DNA from: Lingula anatina
Lineage: Eukaryota; Animalia; Brachiopoda
Reading direction: 5' to 3'
Assembly: GCA_051362555.1 (NCBI GenBank)
Contig: CM120641.1
Coordinates: 9,734,001 to 9,798,000, forward strand
DNA: 64,000 bases
Shown: positions 1-14,699 of the stretch, piece by piece
Layout of the letters: each line of letters begins with the position of its first letter
Position numbering within the stretch: position 1 is the first letter of the stretch
Position numbers and translations under genes: made by a program
The notes under the pieces: model-generated
What the model saw: the letters and a program-made list of their open reading frames with translations, nothing else
Database searches by the model: none
What the model was told of the DNA's origin: nothing

Positions 1-85
1 TAATGGGCTTTGAATGGGCTTAAATACAAGGCAGAAGAAAAAAGTACATTTTTCTAAAAATGTTGTTGTTGTTGGTATGCTGCAG

Positions 86-3000
86 GTGTTGACACTGGCC
101 AGTAATGAGCGTATTGCTCTGACCCCAATGATGAGGCTTCTGTTTGAAATCAGTCACTTGAAAACAGCCACCCCTGCCACGGTATCTAGAGCTGGTATCC
201 TGTTCATCAATCCTGCTGACTTGGGATGGAATCCGTAAGAAATACAATTTTTTAAAAAATATGCATATGCTAGACAATATTCTCAACAGTCTTGTTCTGT
301 TTGCATTTCTTAGATTATTTTTTAATGTTTTGTACCTCGTGAAATTATCATATCGTATTATCATATGAAATAAGCATGCCAGAACATAATTTTTTCAAGT
401 CACATCATTTGATCTGTTATTACTAGTGCACTTGGAATTTGCATTTATCAGGTTTGTGAGCAGTTGGATTGAGACAAGAGAGGTGCAGTCTGAGAAAGCC
501 AATTTGATGATCTTATTTGACAAGTACATCCCAACCTGCCTGGAGGCCACACGGTCTCGCTTCAAGAAGATCACCCCCATTGCTGAGATTAGTCACATTC
601 AGATGTTGTGCTACCTACTTGAAGTGATGCTGACACCAGAGAACACCCCACCTGACTGCCCCAAAGAGTTGTATGAACTCTATTTTGTCTTCTGCTGTAT
701 CTGGGCCTTTGGAAGCTGCATGTTCCAAGATCAGGTATGGTTTGAGACAATGAAGACTGGAGACTGTGACTTGTTAGAGTAATTGTTAACATTGCCAGGG
801 TGTTTGGATTAACATTTTTTTTCTAAAGTTTATTTGTTACTTGGGATAAACAGATTTTTTTCATGACTTTGATTTAGTTTTTTTTCACATCCATGGTTTC
901 CCATGATGTTGTACCAGAGACTTTCAAGCATATGGATCTCATAAAGCTTTTTGTTTACACATTCAAACTCTTTTGCAGCTCGTAGATCATCGTGTAGAGT
1001 TTACCAAATGGTGGGTCACAGAGTTCAAAACCATCAAGTTCCCCTCCCAGGGAACACTGTTTGATTACTACATTGACCCCGAGACCAAAAAGTTTGAACC
1101 ATGGACCAAGAAAGTGCCCCCATTTGAATTTGATCCAGAGATGCCTATGCAGGTAAAGCTTTTTGAATGTTTTGTAGGTTTTCTACACAGGGTTGATACT
1201 GAGTAACAAATGCATGATGGTCTGTGTCAAAATCGTGTGCATCATTAATAGAGGGGGACTTTTTAATTTTAATAACATTTCCATGAAGTTTTTTTTTCAG
1301 GAAGTGGTTTTATAATTGTCTTAAATGGTACAGACTATTTCTATTTAATCAAGTATAAAATAAAAAATGAAATCATGTTACTCACTTCAAAACAAACACT
1401 TACATTTTGTCTGAACTTTCTCTTTCCCAGGCCACACTGGTGCACACAGCTGAGACAACGCGTATCCGCTTCTTCATGGACATGCTGATTGAGCAAGGCC
1501 GCCCAATCATGTTGGTGGGTACTGCAGGTACAGGAAAGACCGTACTGATGAATGACAAACTGAACTCTCTGGACACAGACAACTGGGTAGTAGCTAATGT
1601 GCCCTTCAACTTCTACACCACCTCAGAGATGTTGCAGATTGTGCTTGAGAAGCCATTGGAGAAGAAAGCAGGCAGGAATTATGGTCCACCAGGCAGCAAG
1701 AGGCTGGTGTACTTTATTGATGACATGAACATGCCAGAGGTAATCTTTACAGTACATTTGAATTTCTTTTGTTTGCATTTTGGGATACACAAGAATTATA
1801 TCCTATAATGTTCATGAACTTTAGATAACTTGCATCAATACAAAATCATATAATGTAGAAAGACAGGATATTTATAGTCATTGTAATATAACTTAATTCT
1901 GGTAACATGTTTATTCTTTTGATTAAATGCCAATTTTAAGTGAAGGCCCATTAGAAAATAATGAAAACATTTTCTTACCTTCAATTACTCATTTTCCATT
2001 CATTTATTTTTTTCTGAAATCAAGTATTGATTTCTCTGCTGAAGTTTCCAAAACATTTTGCTTCTTGTCTTTCAGGTGGATCAGTACTTCACTGTGCAAC
2101 CCCACACACTGATCCGACAGCACTTGGACTACAAGCATTGGTATGACCGTGCCAAATTGACACTGAAAGACATCCATAACACTCAATATGTGTCCTGCAT
2201 GAATCCAACATCTGGTAGCTTTACCATCAACCCACGTCTGCAGGTAAATATGTGTCAAAGGAAAAAATGATCATCACACTTGATATTTATTTTTTCAATC
2301 TTTGTCATGTGATGTTTTTTGATGATTTACAAACAAGACAATACACATCAAGTGTCTGACTTTCATAAACATTTTTTTAAAATTGGAACATGTCCATTAT
2401 ATTGTAAACATGCGTTATATATAAATTACTTTTTCCTTCCATGAAAAAATGTTTCTTAAACTTGTTAATTTTTCATTTTAGCGTCATTTCTGTGTGTTTG
2501 CCATGAGCAACCCCAGCAGTGAAGCCTTGGGCACTATCTACACCAGTATTTTGTCTGGGCATCTGAGTTTGAATGGCTTCCCAGCAGTGATACAGAAGTA
2601 TGCACAGACCTTGGTCAACGGAGCTCTTGCCATGCATGCGAAAGTGGCAACCAGTTTTTTGCCCACAGCCATCAAATTCCACTATGTGTTCAATTTGAGA
2701 GATATGTCAAACATTTTCCAGGTGAGCATTTTGTGCATTTCAGATGTACAACAGTATTTATATTAATTCTAATTTTACACTTACCTTATAAGTAAACTAT
2801 TTTAATTTAGATATTGACTGTATTGAAATTATTTTGTGTGAGGTTTCTGTACTAATTTTAAGCATAAAAATTGATTATCACTTGATAAGTATATTTTCAC
2901 CATCCCTGATATGTTAAAATAATTCAGAACTTAAAGATCATTAATATAACAATGACACATGTTTCGCATAGTTATACTGTTGAAAAAGACATTTGGGTCA

Positions 3001-3253
3001 TCTGTTTATTCTGTTTCCAGGGATTGTTGTTTTCTCAGCCAGACTGTATCAAAACCACGCAAGATTTTGTCCGTTTGTGGATTCATGAGGCCCAGCGTGT
3101 GTATGGAGACAAGATGATTGATGAGGCAGATATGCAGAATTTTGAAAAGATCCATAAAGAAATTGTTAAAAAGTCCTTTGAGGTAGGCAGGTTCATTGAC
3201 TTATAAATCTAGATCCACATATCCATGATTAATGAGCTGTCTTTTTCAAGTTT

Positions 3254-3296
<43 letters not shown>

Positions 3297-6200
3297 TTTG
3301 TAGCTGATGATGCCAAGGATGTGCTTCATTATGAATAAATATAAATCATTCATATTAAAACAATTACAATATGGCATCCATTAAGTTATTTGGTTTTTAT
3401 GTACAGACACTTAGTCATCACCTTATCTGGCATATTGCATCAAAATTGACAAAATGACCTATTCTGCACATCTTTATTTTTTTCTTTTTGTCTGTACATT
3501 TGACAGCTTTGCTGCCTTGTTAATTGTGTCCATAAATAAAGCATATTGTAACTGAAAATAATACCATTTAAAGTGAATGCTCCAACACTTTCCTGGTTTA
3601 CAATTTTAGGATGTGGACGAGGCTGCAGTGTTTGTGAAACCATTGATCTACTGCCACTTTGCAGCTGGCATTGGTGAACCTAAATACATGATGGTAGAAG
3701 ATTATAACATCCTGAACAAAACCCTGGTAGAAGCTCTAGACAGCTACAATGAGCTCAATGCTGCCATGAACTTGGTGTTGTTTGAGGATGCTATTTCTCA
3801 CATCTGCCGCATTAACCGTATCTTGGAGTCCCCTCGTGGTAATGCTCTGTTAGTTGGTGTTGGTGGTAGTGGCAAACAGAGCTTGTCTCGTATAGCTGCC
3901 TTCATTAGCAGTCTTGAAGTGTTCCAAGTGACCCTGAGAAAGGGTTATGGCATTGCTGACCTGAAATTGGACTTGTCTGCCTTATACATGAAAGCTGGAG
4001 TGAAGAATATTGGCACAGTCTTCCTAATGACTGATGCACAGGTTGCTGATGAGAAATTCTTGGTGTTGATCAATGACTTGCTGGCCTCTGGTGAAATCCC
4101 AGGCCTGTTCCCTGATGATGAATTGGAAAATATCATCAATGCTATGAGACCTGAAGTGAAGGGACTTGGTCTTTTGGATTCCAGAGAGAATTGCTGGAAG
4201 TTCTTTATCGACAGAGTCAGGAGGCAATTAAAGGTAAGGATCTTGTTTGCATCATATATAAAGAAAATATTTTGTTGAGATAAATCGGTTGTCTTGAGCT
4301 CACTGAATAGAGGACTTTGGAGAAGATCAACTGCATGTAGTTTTTTTAATCATTTATGAAGAGGAGGGTATGTCATGCCCTTGTCATTAAGTGTCTATTT
4401 TAACTTCCATAATACTCTTACAGGTTGTGCTGTGCTTCTCCCCTGTGGGTGCCACTATTCGTGTCAGGGCACGCAAGTTCCCTGCAGTGGTGAACTGTAC
4501 ATGCATTGACTGGTTCCATGACTGGCCTGAAGAAGCCTTGGTCTCTGTGTCTGCCCGCTTTATGGAGGAAGTGGAGCTGCTTAGTGTGAGTAAAGTCATA
4601 TTGCATTGTGAAGGATAAATTGTGAATAGAATGAAAATAAATAAAATAAACAGCTTTGGTCAGATTGATAATGAGGTCATCTTTAGTTATCATTTTCTCA
4701 TGCTGACCAAAAATAACAAGTGTCATTTCTTATCACATAAAAAAAACTTTTTTGCATTTGTCATGATTGATGATAATATCATTTGTCATGATTAATGATT
4801 ATATAATAATTACATGTGCTTCTTGTCTTTTGTTTAGCCTGAGATGAGGGAGTCTATTGCACAGTTCATGGCATATGTGCATAGATCTGTGAATGAAACC
4901 AGTGCTTTGTACCTGCAAAACGAGAGGCGCTACAACTATACCACTCCTAAGAGCTTCTTGGAACAAATTGCTCTGTATCGAAACTTGTTGAAAATTAAAA
5001 ACAGTGAACTCCAGGGTAAAATCCAACGTCTGGAAAATGGTCTAGAAAAACTAAGGAGCACATCTGCACAGGTAAAAATTCCACTAAAATTAGTAAAAGT
5101 AATAATAATAATAATAACTAGACTGCAACTGGCTAAAGCCAGTGGCGGAGGATTCCCCTGCAAAATAGGCGTGGAAATGCTCTTACAAGGTCATGTGAAG
5201 GTCACGGGTTAAATTTGATCCCATATTCTGAAAGAGCATGTGCGAATTGGGGGGGGGGGGTCAACAAAACATCACTTTTAGCCCACGTCAATAATTCTCC
5301 ATGAAATAGCCAAATGACCTTGAAAATGAGGGTCAAGGTCAAATTTGACATTTGATTTGGGGGTTTTGGGTATATGTTTAGGGTAGTTTACTATAGCATG
5401 CTATGACCAAAAACCAGTGTTTCATGGAGAAATTGCCAAACTCAAGATTTCTGCAATGTCATAAATATTTAAAAATCTATATTAAAAAAAGTAATTAAGC
5501 AGTCGCTACCAAAGTACGGCTTACCTTAGATATATATATAGGGCATCATTTGCCACTATGATTGGGGCTCTGGGCCTTCCGGTTCTTGAGATCTCGGAAA
5601 CAAACCTTTTTTGAGCCCGTTTGCCCATTAGCGACCTTGACCTTGACCTACTTGCATAAAAGTAGGTCATTATCTGTGGATTTACCTCAGTATCACTGGC
5701 CATAAGGCTCTTAGCCATATGGCTTATACTTTAGGCCTAATGGCAATTTCAAATTTTACAATTTTTGCCTTTAAAAGCCCCTGTGACCTTGAAAAGTAGG
5801 TCAAAGTCACTGAAACTGGTTCTGTGGCATATTCTGACCATAGGCTACCTATGATAATTATTTCAGATTTTTTGCGAAAAAAAACGCGCGGAAAGAATAA
5901 TAATAATACTACCAAAAACAATAGTATTCCCCTATGGGGAATCCTAATAAAACACTTCTTTAAAACCGGGCTAATGGTAAAAGTAATGGTCATAGTTTTT
6001 ATATATATAAACTGCTGTTGAGACACAGTCTGTGCCATAAACATTTAAGCTCACTTGCCATTTGGACCACCACTTTCCTAAAATTTGCTGGTCCAATCAG
6101 GATTCACTGGTCCAAATAAAAGTTTCAGGAAGACTGGACATTTCCCCTATTTCATTAATACTGTTAGTAATAGAAAGATACCAGTTTTGTCAAACATTTT

Positions 6201-9200
6201 TATTACAATCACCATGTCACATTTAAAAAAAAACAAAAAATAATAAAATAAATAAATAAATAAATCAAAATGAAAGCTCTCTGAAAAAGTTAAAGAAAGA
6301 ATCTTATGGCCATGTTGGACCACTAAATTCACACATTCAGAAAAATCTAGCGGTTGAAACAATTTACTGACTGAGAGCATAGGGCCTGTGGCTAAAGTCA
6401 CAGACTGATAAGATTTTTTTTTTTATTTTTTATCACAAAGACATTGATCTTGACTATTTGTGATGTAAGCAATTAAAACTGGAGAAAAAAAAGGTCATTA
6501 GAAATTCACATTGGGTGTACAAAATATGTATATCATCAAAGGCATTTCAAAATATTTTAATGAAAAAAATACTGCTAATGCTCAGCCAAATAACACATTT
6601 TGACATTTTATTTTACATTTTCCCATTGTAGGTGGATGACCTCAAGGCTAAACTTGCCGCACAAGAGGTGGAGCTAGCTCAGAAGAATGAAGATGCCAAC
6701 AAACTGATTGCCATTGTTGGAGCTGAGACCACCAAAGTGTCCAAGGAGAAAGCCATTGCCAGTGAAGAGGAAGCTAAAGTTGCTGTCATCAAAGCTGAAG
6801 TAACCAAGAAACAGATTGATTGTGAAACTGATCTGGCAAAGGCTGAACCTGCCTTGATGGCTGCCCAGGAAGCTTTAAACACTCTGAACAAGGTAAATTA
6901 TGATAGATACTATGCTATATACTATGCTTAGTGATTAATTTAGATTTTAGGCCATAATGATTTGACAAATTTATTTTATAATATGAAAATGACAAAAAAA
7001 TGTTTACCTGATGGTAGTGCTTGAGTTAACTTGATATTCATTCCATTTAAATCAAATGTTGCTGTTTTAAAGGTTGGAATATTTTAGATGCTTGTACGTT
7101 ATCTATAAAACATAATTTTCACAGAACAACCTGACTGAGCTGAAGTCCTTTGGCTCTCCTCCTGCAGCCTGTGTAATGACAACAGCTGCCGTGATGGTGC
7201 TATTAGCACCTGGAGGCAAACTACCCAAAGACAGGAGCTGGAAAGCGGCAAAAACAATGATGGCCAAGGTATAAATTATAATTGGCTTCAAAATGAATTT
7301 AACTTATGCTCATAATGAGATAAATGTATGAAAGATTCTTTAAGCGCGTACACTTTAATAGGGACCTTGTAGATGTTTTATCCTATGCCCTTTTTACATT
7401 TTCTAGAAAAATCTAAATTTAGGATTGGAGGGGAGGTACATTATTGGGGGAAATTGAAAGTTATCATTTTTTATTATTATTATTTTATTTATTTATTCAT
7501 TTTTTTTTTTCATTTTAAAATTCCATTAGTACTTTTTCTGAATTTATGAATTTACTGAATTTTTTCACCTTTAGGTTGATGCATTCTTGGATCAACTAAT
7601 AAATTATGACAAAGAAAACATCCCTGAAAGTTGCCTTAAAGCTGTGCAGGAGTACTTGGATAATCCAGAATTTGACCCTGATTTCATCAGAAGTAAGTCC
7701 CAGGCCGCTGCTGGCTTGTGTGCTTGGGCCATCAACATTGTCAATTTTTACAGAATTTTCTGTGATGTTGAACCAAAGAGATTGGCCTTACAGGCGGCAA
7801 ATGCTGAGCTAGCAGCTGCAACAGAGAAGCTGAATGGTATCATGGCCAAGATTCAGCAACTAGAGGAGGCCATGGCCAAGCTGACCGCAGAGTTTGAAAG
7901 AGCAACTAATGAGAAGTTGAGGTGTCAGGAAGAGGCTGATAATACCAATCGTACCATTTCTTTGGCCAACCGACTGGTAGGTGGTCTGGCCTCTGAAAAT
8001 GTCCGTTGGGCTGAGTCAGTGAAAAACTTTCAGGAGCAAGAAAAAACGCTACCAGGTGATGTCTTACTCATCACAGCTTTTGTCTCTTACATGGGTTGCT
8101 TCACCAAAAAGTACCGTCTTGATCTAATGGATGGAATGTGGCTTCCATTCCTGAAAGGCCTCAAGAATCCTATCCCAATAACACCAGATCTTGATCCACT
8201 CAGCATGTTGACAGACTCTGCCCAGATTGCAACATGGAATAACGAGGGCCTGCCATCAGATCGTATGTCCACTGAGAATGCCACCATCTTGGCCAACTGC
8301 GAGCGCTGGCCCTTAATGATTGATCCTCAGCTACAGGGAATCAAGTGGATCAAGACCAAGTATGGAGAGGACCTGGTGGTTGTGAGATTGGGACAGAAGG
8401 GTTACCTGGATACTATAGAGAGGGCAGTGTCCTCGGGCTTCACTGTGCTGCTGGAAAATATTGAAGAGACTGTTGATCCGGTGTTGGATGCTATCCTGGG
8501 CCGTAATACCATCAAGAAAGGAAGAGCCATCAAGATGGGTGACAAAGAAGTTGAGTACAATCCCCAATTCCGTCTGATCATTCATACCAAACTTGCCAAT
8601 CCCCATTACAAGCCAGAAATGCAGGCCCAGACCACCCTGGTCAACTTCACTGTCACAAGGGACGGTCTGGAGGATCAGTTGCTGGCAGGTGTTGTACGCA
8701 AAGAGAGACCAGATCTGGAGAAACTCAAGTCTGATTTGACCAAACAGCAGAACGAGTTCACTGTGACCCTCAAGGAGCTGGAAGACAACCTGCTTGCCCG
8801 CTTGTCTTCTGCTGGTGGTAACTTCCTGGGTGACACTGCTCTGGTGGAGAACTTGGAAACAACCAAGCGTACTGCTTCAGAAATCGAGGAGAAAGTCAAG
8901 GAAGCCAAGGTGACAGAGGTCCAGATTAACGAAGCTCGTGAACACTACCGACCTGCAGCTGCCCGTGCCTCCTTGCTGTATTTCATTATGAACGACATCT
9001 TCAAGATTCACCCCATGTACCAGTTCTCTCTCAAGGTAACTTGAATGTTTTCCAGTTCCCACAGCTTAAGTCTTAATTGATTTTTTTTATCGATTCTTTG
9101 GATAATCTACAGTACATTTGGGCAAGCCTTCAGCATTTAATGATAAAAATATGGTTTCATTTTCATTTTTCAAAATTTGATGGTATATTTGATTAAAAAT

Positions 9201-12200
9201 CTCTTTTTGTTAACAGGCCTTCAGTGTTGTGTTTGAAAAAGCCATTGAGCGTGCTGAACCAGCTGAAGAAGTGAAGCAGAGAGTATTGAATCTCATAGAC
9301 TGCATCACTTATTCCGTGTTCATATACACTACCCGTGGCCTGTTTGAGAAGGACAAGCTGATCTTTACAGCACAGATGACATTCCAGGTACAGACAATTC
9401 CACCTTTCATTTAAGTATATTTTTCTGCTACATTTAATCTGAATCATTTTTATGGATTATACGCAGTATATTACCATTTCTATGCAATTAAATGTTCTTT
9501 TTGTGGGTGTGATGAGAAAATGACTTTGTTTTTGCCACATGAAAAATATCTCAAGGGAAACTTTTTTTTTATCTTATATGATAACAATGATAATTATTTT
9601 AGATCCTGCAAATGAAGAAGGAGATTAATAATGTGGAGCTTGACTTCTTGCTGCGCTATCCTGCTGCTCCCAATGTCACCACTCCTGTTGATTTCCTCAA
9701 CAACTTGGGCTGGGGTGGAATTAAGGTAGGTTGGTGACCTTTTTGTAGGTTACAGACTGGACTTACAAAATGATTCATGGATTCCAGATACAACTGGGGT
9801 GTTATATTTCAAATCTTTAAATCTAAACACCAAAATGTAAAATGTCCAGTTTTCTGCCCATAAAATATAAAACATTGAATCAGTCATATATATTTATATA
9901 TTTTGCTCTGACACCTGTAGGCATTGTCTGCTATGGAAGATTTCCGAAACTTGGATCGTGACATAGAGGGATCAGCCAAGAGATGGAAGAAATTTGTGGA
10001 GAGTGAGTGCCCAGAAAAAGAGAAATTCCCACAGGAATGGAAGAACAAGACCTCACTTCAAAAGCTGTGCATGATGAGGGCACTCAGGCCTGATCGTATG
10101 TCTTATGCTGTCACGTAAGTATCTTAGACCCCATTTCCATAGATTTTAGATTGATCTATCCCTGTAGGGAGTCTCACTAGAATACTGTCAGCTTAGCCGG
10201 CTTAAGCGTCTGTCCCGCCTACTGAAAGCTGCTAGGGGGTAATTAACTATGGTGCGCGCTCGGCTGACTGCAATTTAGCTTGAACCCCCAGGGAATTAGG
10301 TCGATCTAAATCTTAATCCCTGGATCGATCTAAATCTCTGGGAATACACCCCTAGAGGGACACAATTACCTCTCTTATCTTAAGGAATATCCCCATCTTT
10401 TCAAACTCTGTGCCTAAATATTTATCTTTTTGAACAAAAATAAATGAGATATTTAATGGAAGCATTAATCCAGCATCCATTTTCTTAATTTTCTAGCAAT
10501 TTTGTGGAGGAAAAGCTTGGAAGCAAGTACACAGAAAACAAATCTGTACCATTCCCTAAATCCTATGAAGAGACTGGCCCTGGTACCCCGGTCTTCTTTA
10601 TCCTCTCACCTGGTGTGGATCCACTGAAGGATGTAGAAGCTTTGGGAAAGAAGATTGGTTTCCATGGTGATAACCATAACTTCCACAACATCTCTCTTGG
10701 CCAGGGTCAGGAGATTGTTGCAGAGCAAGCCATGGACTTGGCTGCAAAGGAAGGCCATTGGGTTGTCTTACAGGTAGGTAACTGAGCAAGTTAGGAACTT
10801 TTGTCAAAGAAAAAAATTGAGTTGCTCATGCAATTCAGTATATGTTGTATGTGTATGTGTGTGTGTATGGTTATTTATTTATTTATTTTGAAAGTTTGCA
10901 AAGTGACCAATTTCTTAAAAGTTCATTGTTTATTATAACTATAAATGGAAACAAGTATGTAACCTGGTATTTCATAATCTAATGACTTACATATGTTCTA
11001 TAACCAAAAATTATTAATAGAAAATCTCTACAAATCACACCAAAACAAAATTAAAATACTTTATGTTTTTCATCTAGAATGTCCATTTGGTGGCTAAATG
11101 GCTGTCCAACTTGGAAAAGAAGCTTGAGGAGTATGGGTTGACTGGACATGAGGCCTACCGTGTGTTCATCAGTGCTGAACCTGCTGCCTCAGCAGAATAC
11201 CACATCATACCACAAGGCATCTTGGAGTCTGCCATCAAGATCACCAATGAGCCTCCTACTGGCATGTTTGCCAACCTTCACAAAGCCTTGGATAATTTTA
11301 ACCAGGTACATAATGTGCCATTCACAGGCACTGTGGAATTATGTCCTATAATTTTTTATATTCATGTGAATTTTTATCTAGTTCACCATAATATAAATAA
11401 AGCCTTAACTTTAAAATTTCCCAGTTGTTATGATTAACTAATGAAATGAACTTAAATTTGCTGCCTTTCCTTTATTAATTTTCTTATTAAAATACTGTAT
11501 TTACTATTCAGCTGTGCCACAGCCAATTAATTTAAATTTCCTTTAAAAAAACTACATTTTCCACATACTGTTTATTTCTAGGACACCTTGGAGATGTGTG
11601 CTCGTGAAGCAGAGTTCAAGAGTATCCTATTTGCCCTGTGTTATTTCCATGCAGTGGTATGTGAGCGCCGTAAGTTTGGTCCTCAGGGATGGAACAGGTC
11701 TTACCCATTCAACACAGGAGATCTGACCATCAGTGTCAATGTGCTCTACAATTACTTGGAAGCCAATGCAAAGGTGTGCATACATTTTTTTTATTTGGCA
11801 GTACTGAAGGCTATGTGTATTTGTTCTTGTAAAGAAACATACTTTTGAAACCCAACGAAAACTCAACTTTGTAAAAAAATGAAGCATTTCTGACAAGCAT
11901 AGACAACAAAGCAGCAAGAAAAGCTTAAAGAAATTTGTAGTGAAAATTAGAAAATTAAATCCTTTGGAGAGAATTTTTTTATGTATAAATTTTTTGTGCT
12001 ATTTGTCTTGTCTTGTCCTTCTAGGTTCCATGGGAAGATCTGCGCTACCTGTTTGGTGAAATTATGTACGGTGGTCACATTACTGATGATTGGGACCGTA
12101 AACTGTGTAGAACATACCTGGAGGAGTACATGCACCCAGACATGGTGAGTGCTGGACAGCTTGGAAACCTTTTGTACTGTTGAAATACTTTTTAATACCA

Positions 12201-13998
12201 CGGTAATAAAAAAGACAATGTGATAGTGACCAGAGATTATTGCCATTTTTAACCTGTGGGATAACATTACACATTACACATTACACATTTTCTTGTAACA
12301 ACTGTGCATTGTTGAAAATTTAAAGTATTGAGCAACAGAATCTACTTCCTTTTGGTTCATAGCAGTTCAACCGTTAACAAAAGTATTCTGTTTTCTAGCT
12401 TGATGGTGAGCTGTACCTTGCCCCAGGCTTCCCCATTCCACCCAACTCTGATTACAAAGGTTACCATGGCTATATTGATGAGTGCCTGCCCCCAGAGAGT
12501 CCATACCTGTATGGTTTACATCCCAATGCTGAGATTGAGTTCTTGACCACAAGATCTGAGGTTCTGTTCAGGACTGTCTTTGAGATGCAGCCACGTGATG
12601 CTGGTGGTGATGGTGGTGGTGGTGGCACTCGTGAAGAAAAGGTAAGAAATATTTCATTTTTATCAGACACATTTCTAAAATACCCCGGTAGCATGATGAT
12701 ACAAGCACTTTGACCTTAATTTTCAAATTTCTTGAAATGTTGGTTAAGTTGCCTGTTTGACTTTTACAGAGATGAGATTTTTCACCATTTATAAATTGTT
12801 AAATCTTTATAAACTAATCCATATCTTTTAAATTTGAATTTATAAAACAATAGATTCATAAGTCCCTATGTTTCACTATAGATCAAAGCCATCTTGGATG
12901 AGATCGTAGACAAATTACCAGAAGAATTCAACATGGTAGAAATCATGGCCAAGGTACCGGTGGAGGAGAGAACACCATATGTTGTTGTGGCTTTCCAAGA
13001 GTGTGAACGCATGAGTATGTTGATCAAAGAGATTCGTAGAAGTCTGAAAGAGCTGGACTTGGGTCTCAAGGTAAGAGATTTTAAGGGTAGCACACTTTTG
13101 AGATTTTTGTCTTGCATACATATGTGCACAAGGTTTGTAACAGAGGCTGGTTTGACGTTTGATTTTTGTCAGTCTTACAAAAAATATTTAACTTATTTGG
13201 TCCTGTAAGGTTACATATGATTTTGATGATGACAATATAGATATTTTCTTTCATTTTTTTTTCACCAGTAAATTTAGCATTTTCCAAGATTTAAAAATAA
13301 AACAGAATGAAAAACTTATCTATGTTTTCAATTTATGAGTTATTCACTGTGTATGCTTATATTAACTTTTAATCATTCAGGGAGAACTGACTATAACAAC
13401 AGACATGGAAAACCTGGGTAATTCCCTGTTTATGGATACAGTACCAGATGCCTGGGCCAAGAGAGCTTATCCATCTTTAATGGGTCTCACTCAGTGGTAT
13501 GCTGATCTACTGTTGCGTGTCAAGGAGTTGGAAAGCTGGGTGTCAGACTTCCAGTTGCCTGCTGCAGTGTGGCTGGCTGGCTTCTTCAACCCTCAGTCCT
13601 TCTTGACTGCCATTATGCAGCAGATGGCACGTAAGAATGAATGGCCTCTAGATAGGATGTGCCTGCAGTGTGACGTCACCAAGAAGAGTCGAGAGGACAT
13701 GGGTGGCCCACCACGTGAAGGTGCCTACGTTCATGGTCTCTTCATGGAAGGTGCACGCTGGGACAGCCAGGCTGGCATGATTGCAGAGTCACGCTTGAAG
13801 GAACTTGCTCCTCCAGTGCCTGTCATCTTTATCAAGGCTATCCCAGTAGACAGGCAGGACACCAGGAATGTCTATGAATGTCCAGTGTATAAGACCAAAT
13901 TCCGTGGACCAACATTTGTCTGGACCTTCAACCTTAAGACCAGAGAGAAGGCCAACAAGTGGGTGTTGGGAGGTGTGGCCTTGCTGTTGCAGGTCTAA
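86..13998 (+). CDS. DNAH9: Axonemal dynein heavy chain, outer-arm beta type (DNAH9/11/17-like; 'dynein beta chain, ciliary'). 5'-partial: end of AAA2 through AAA3, AAA4, stalk/MTBD, AAA5, AAA6 and C-terminal domain
   Basis: 23 GT-AG exons join in frame (6726 nt incl. stop): 86-234, 452-734, 979-1152, 1431-1739, 2076-2243, 2482-2721, 3021-3182, 3610-4233, 4424-4585, 4838-5071, 6632-6892, 7125-7268, 7575-9035, 9217-9387, 9603-9725, 9921-10114, 10497-10773, 11078-11305, 11582-11773, 12025-12144, 12399-12641, 12882-13070, 13381-13998. Motifs: [10 protein letters not shown]...[11 protein letters not shown]-loop GTAGTGKT (AAA3), [18 protein letters not shown] (AAA4), [12 protein letters not shown] (AAA5), SLGQGQ (AAA6), C-terminus YECPVYKT...[12 protein letters not shown]. 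Co-orthologue of vertebrate DNAH9/11/17, so the symbol is approximate. Confidence 0.96.
3252..3299 (+). repeat. (TTTA)n microsatellite
   Basis: Direct reading. Confidence 0.9.
5117..5945 (-). mobile_element. Non-autonomous Helentron-associated element (HINE/DINE-1-like) in the dynein intron 5072-6631
   Basis: Subterminal inverted repeat AGGATTCCCC (5149-5158) / GGGGAATCCT (5936-5945). Local hairpin ATTCCCC-TAT-GGGGAAT (5926-5942). Terminal stem-loop ACTGGCT-AA-AGCCAGT (5128-5143) next to a CTAG end. (AAT)n tracts and repeated TGACCTTG motifs inside. Architecture matches HINE/DINE-1. Confidence 0.75.
6026..6407. mobile_element. Possible hAT-like MITE remnant
   Basis: Ends CAGTCTGTG (6026) and CACAGACTG (6399-6407), with internal TGGACCA/TGGTCCA repeats. 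No clear target-site duplication. Confidence 0.3.
10128..10352. mobile_element. Degenerate MITE in a dynein intron
   Basis: Imperfect terminal inverted repeats ATTTCCATAGATTTTAGATTGATC vs GATCGATCTAAATCTCTGGGAATAC. GC- and CpG-richer than the flanking intron. Confidence 0.4.
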
Positions 13999-14295
13999 AG
14001 AACTTGACCAAATGTTATATAGTTTGCAGTCAGTTTGAACTTTTCTGGAACAGCACTGAGCTTCCACTGGCTTTACATTTTGCTCACATGTTGAACTTAA
14101 TGAAATATCTGAATGCATCCAAGTTATTTTTATGACATTCAGCACATGACTATATTGATCAAAAATTTGCCTATTATAACTGTTACAGTATTTAAGCTGT
14201 AGTTGTCTTTTCACATGTTGTGATTTCCAATTGCAGTGCTCAGTTAATATTATTTTTTAAATGCTGTTGTCTTTCCTCTTTAAAAATGACATAAA

Positions 14296-14301
14296 AATAA
14301 A
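14296..14301 (+). terminator. Probable polyadenylation signal of the dynein gene
   Basis: AATAAA about 300 nt after the TAA at 13998, followed by T-rich sequence. Confidence 0.5.
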
Positions 14302-14699
14302 TTATTTTATTTATTTTAAAGTAAAAATACTTACGTCCTTAAAAAAATCAGTATGATAACTTTAGAGAGTTTCTTATTTCATAAATATTTCCCTTGCTGT
14401 GATATTTTTGTAGTTCAATATTTTTATTATGTATGATACAAAATGATCTTGTTAATATGTATTTGCAGTATATTTTAAACAGTACTAATTGGTATCGTCT
14501 TTGTTGATGACACATTATGTTTTGCTTTGAAAATAAATTATTTAACAATCCAGTTCAGCTGGCTGCCTGTTGTATTGTGTGTATTTAAAACAAACTCATC
14601 AATCTTTTGATATAAATTTCTAAAAAATAATAATTATTAAAAGTATCCAATGTAATTCAGTGAACTTCTGCTCAATACTACTACAGGAACTTGACTATG

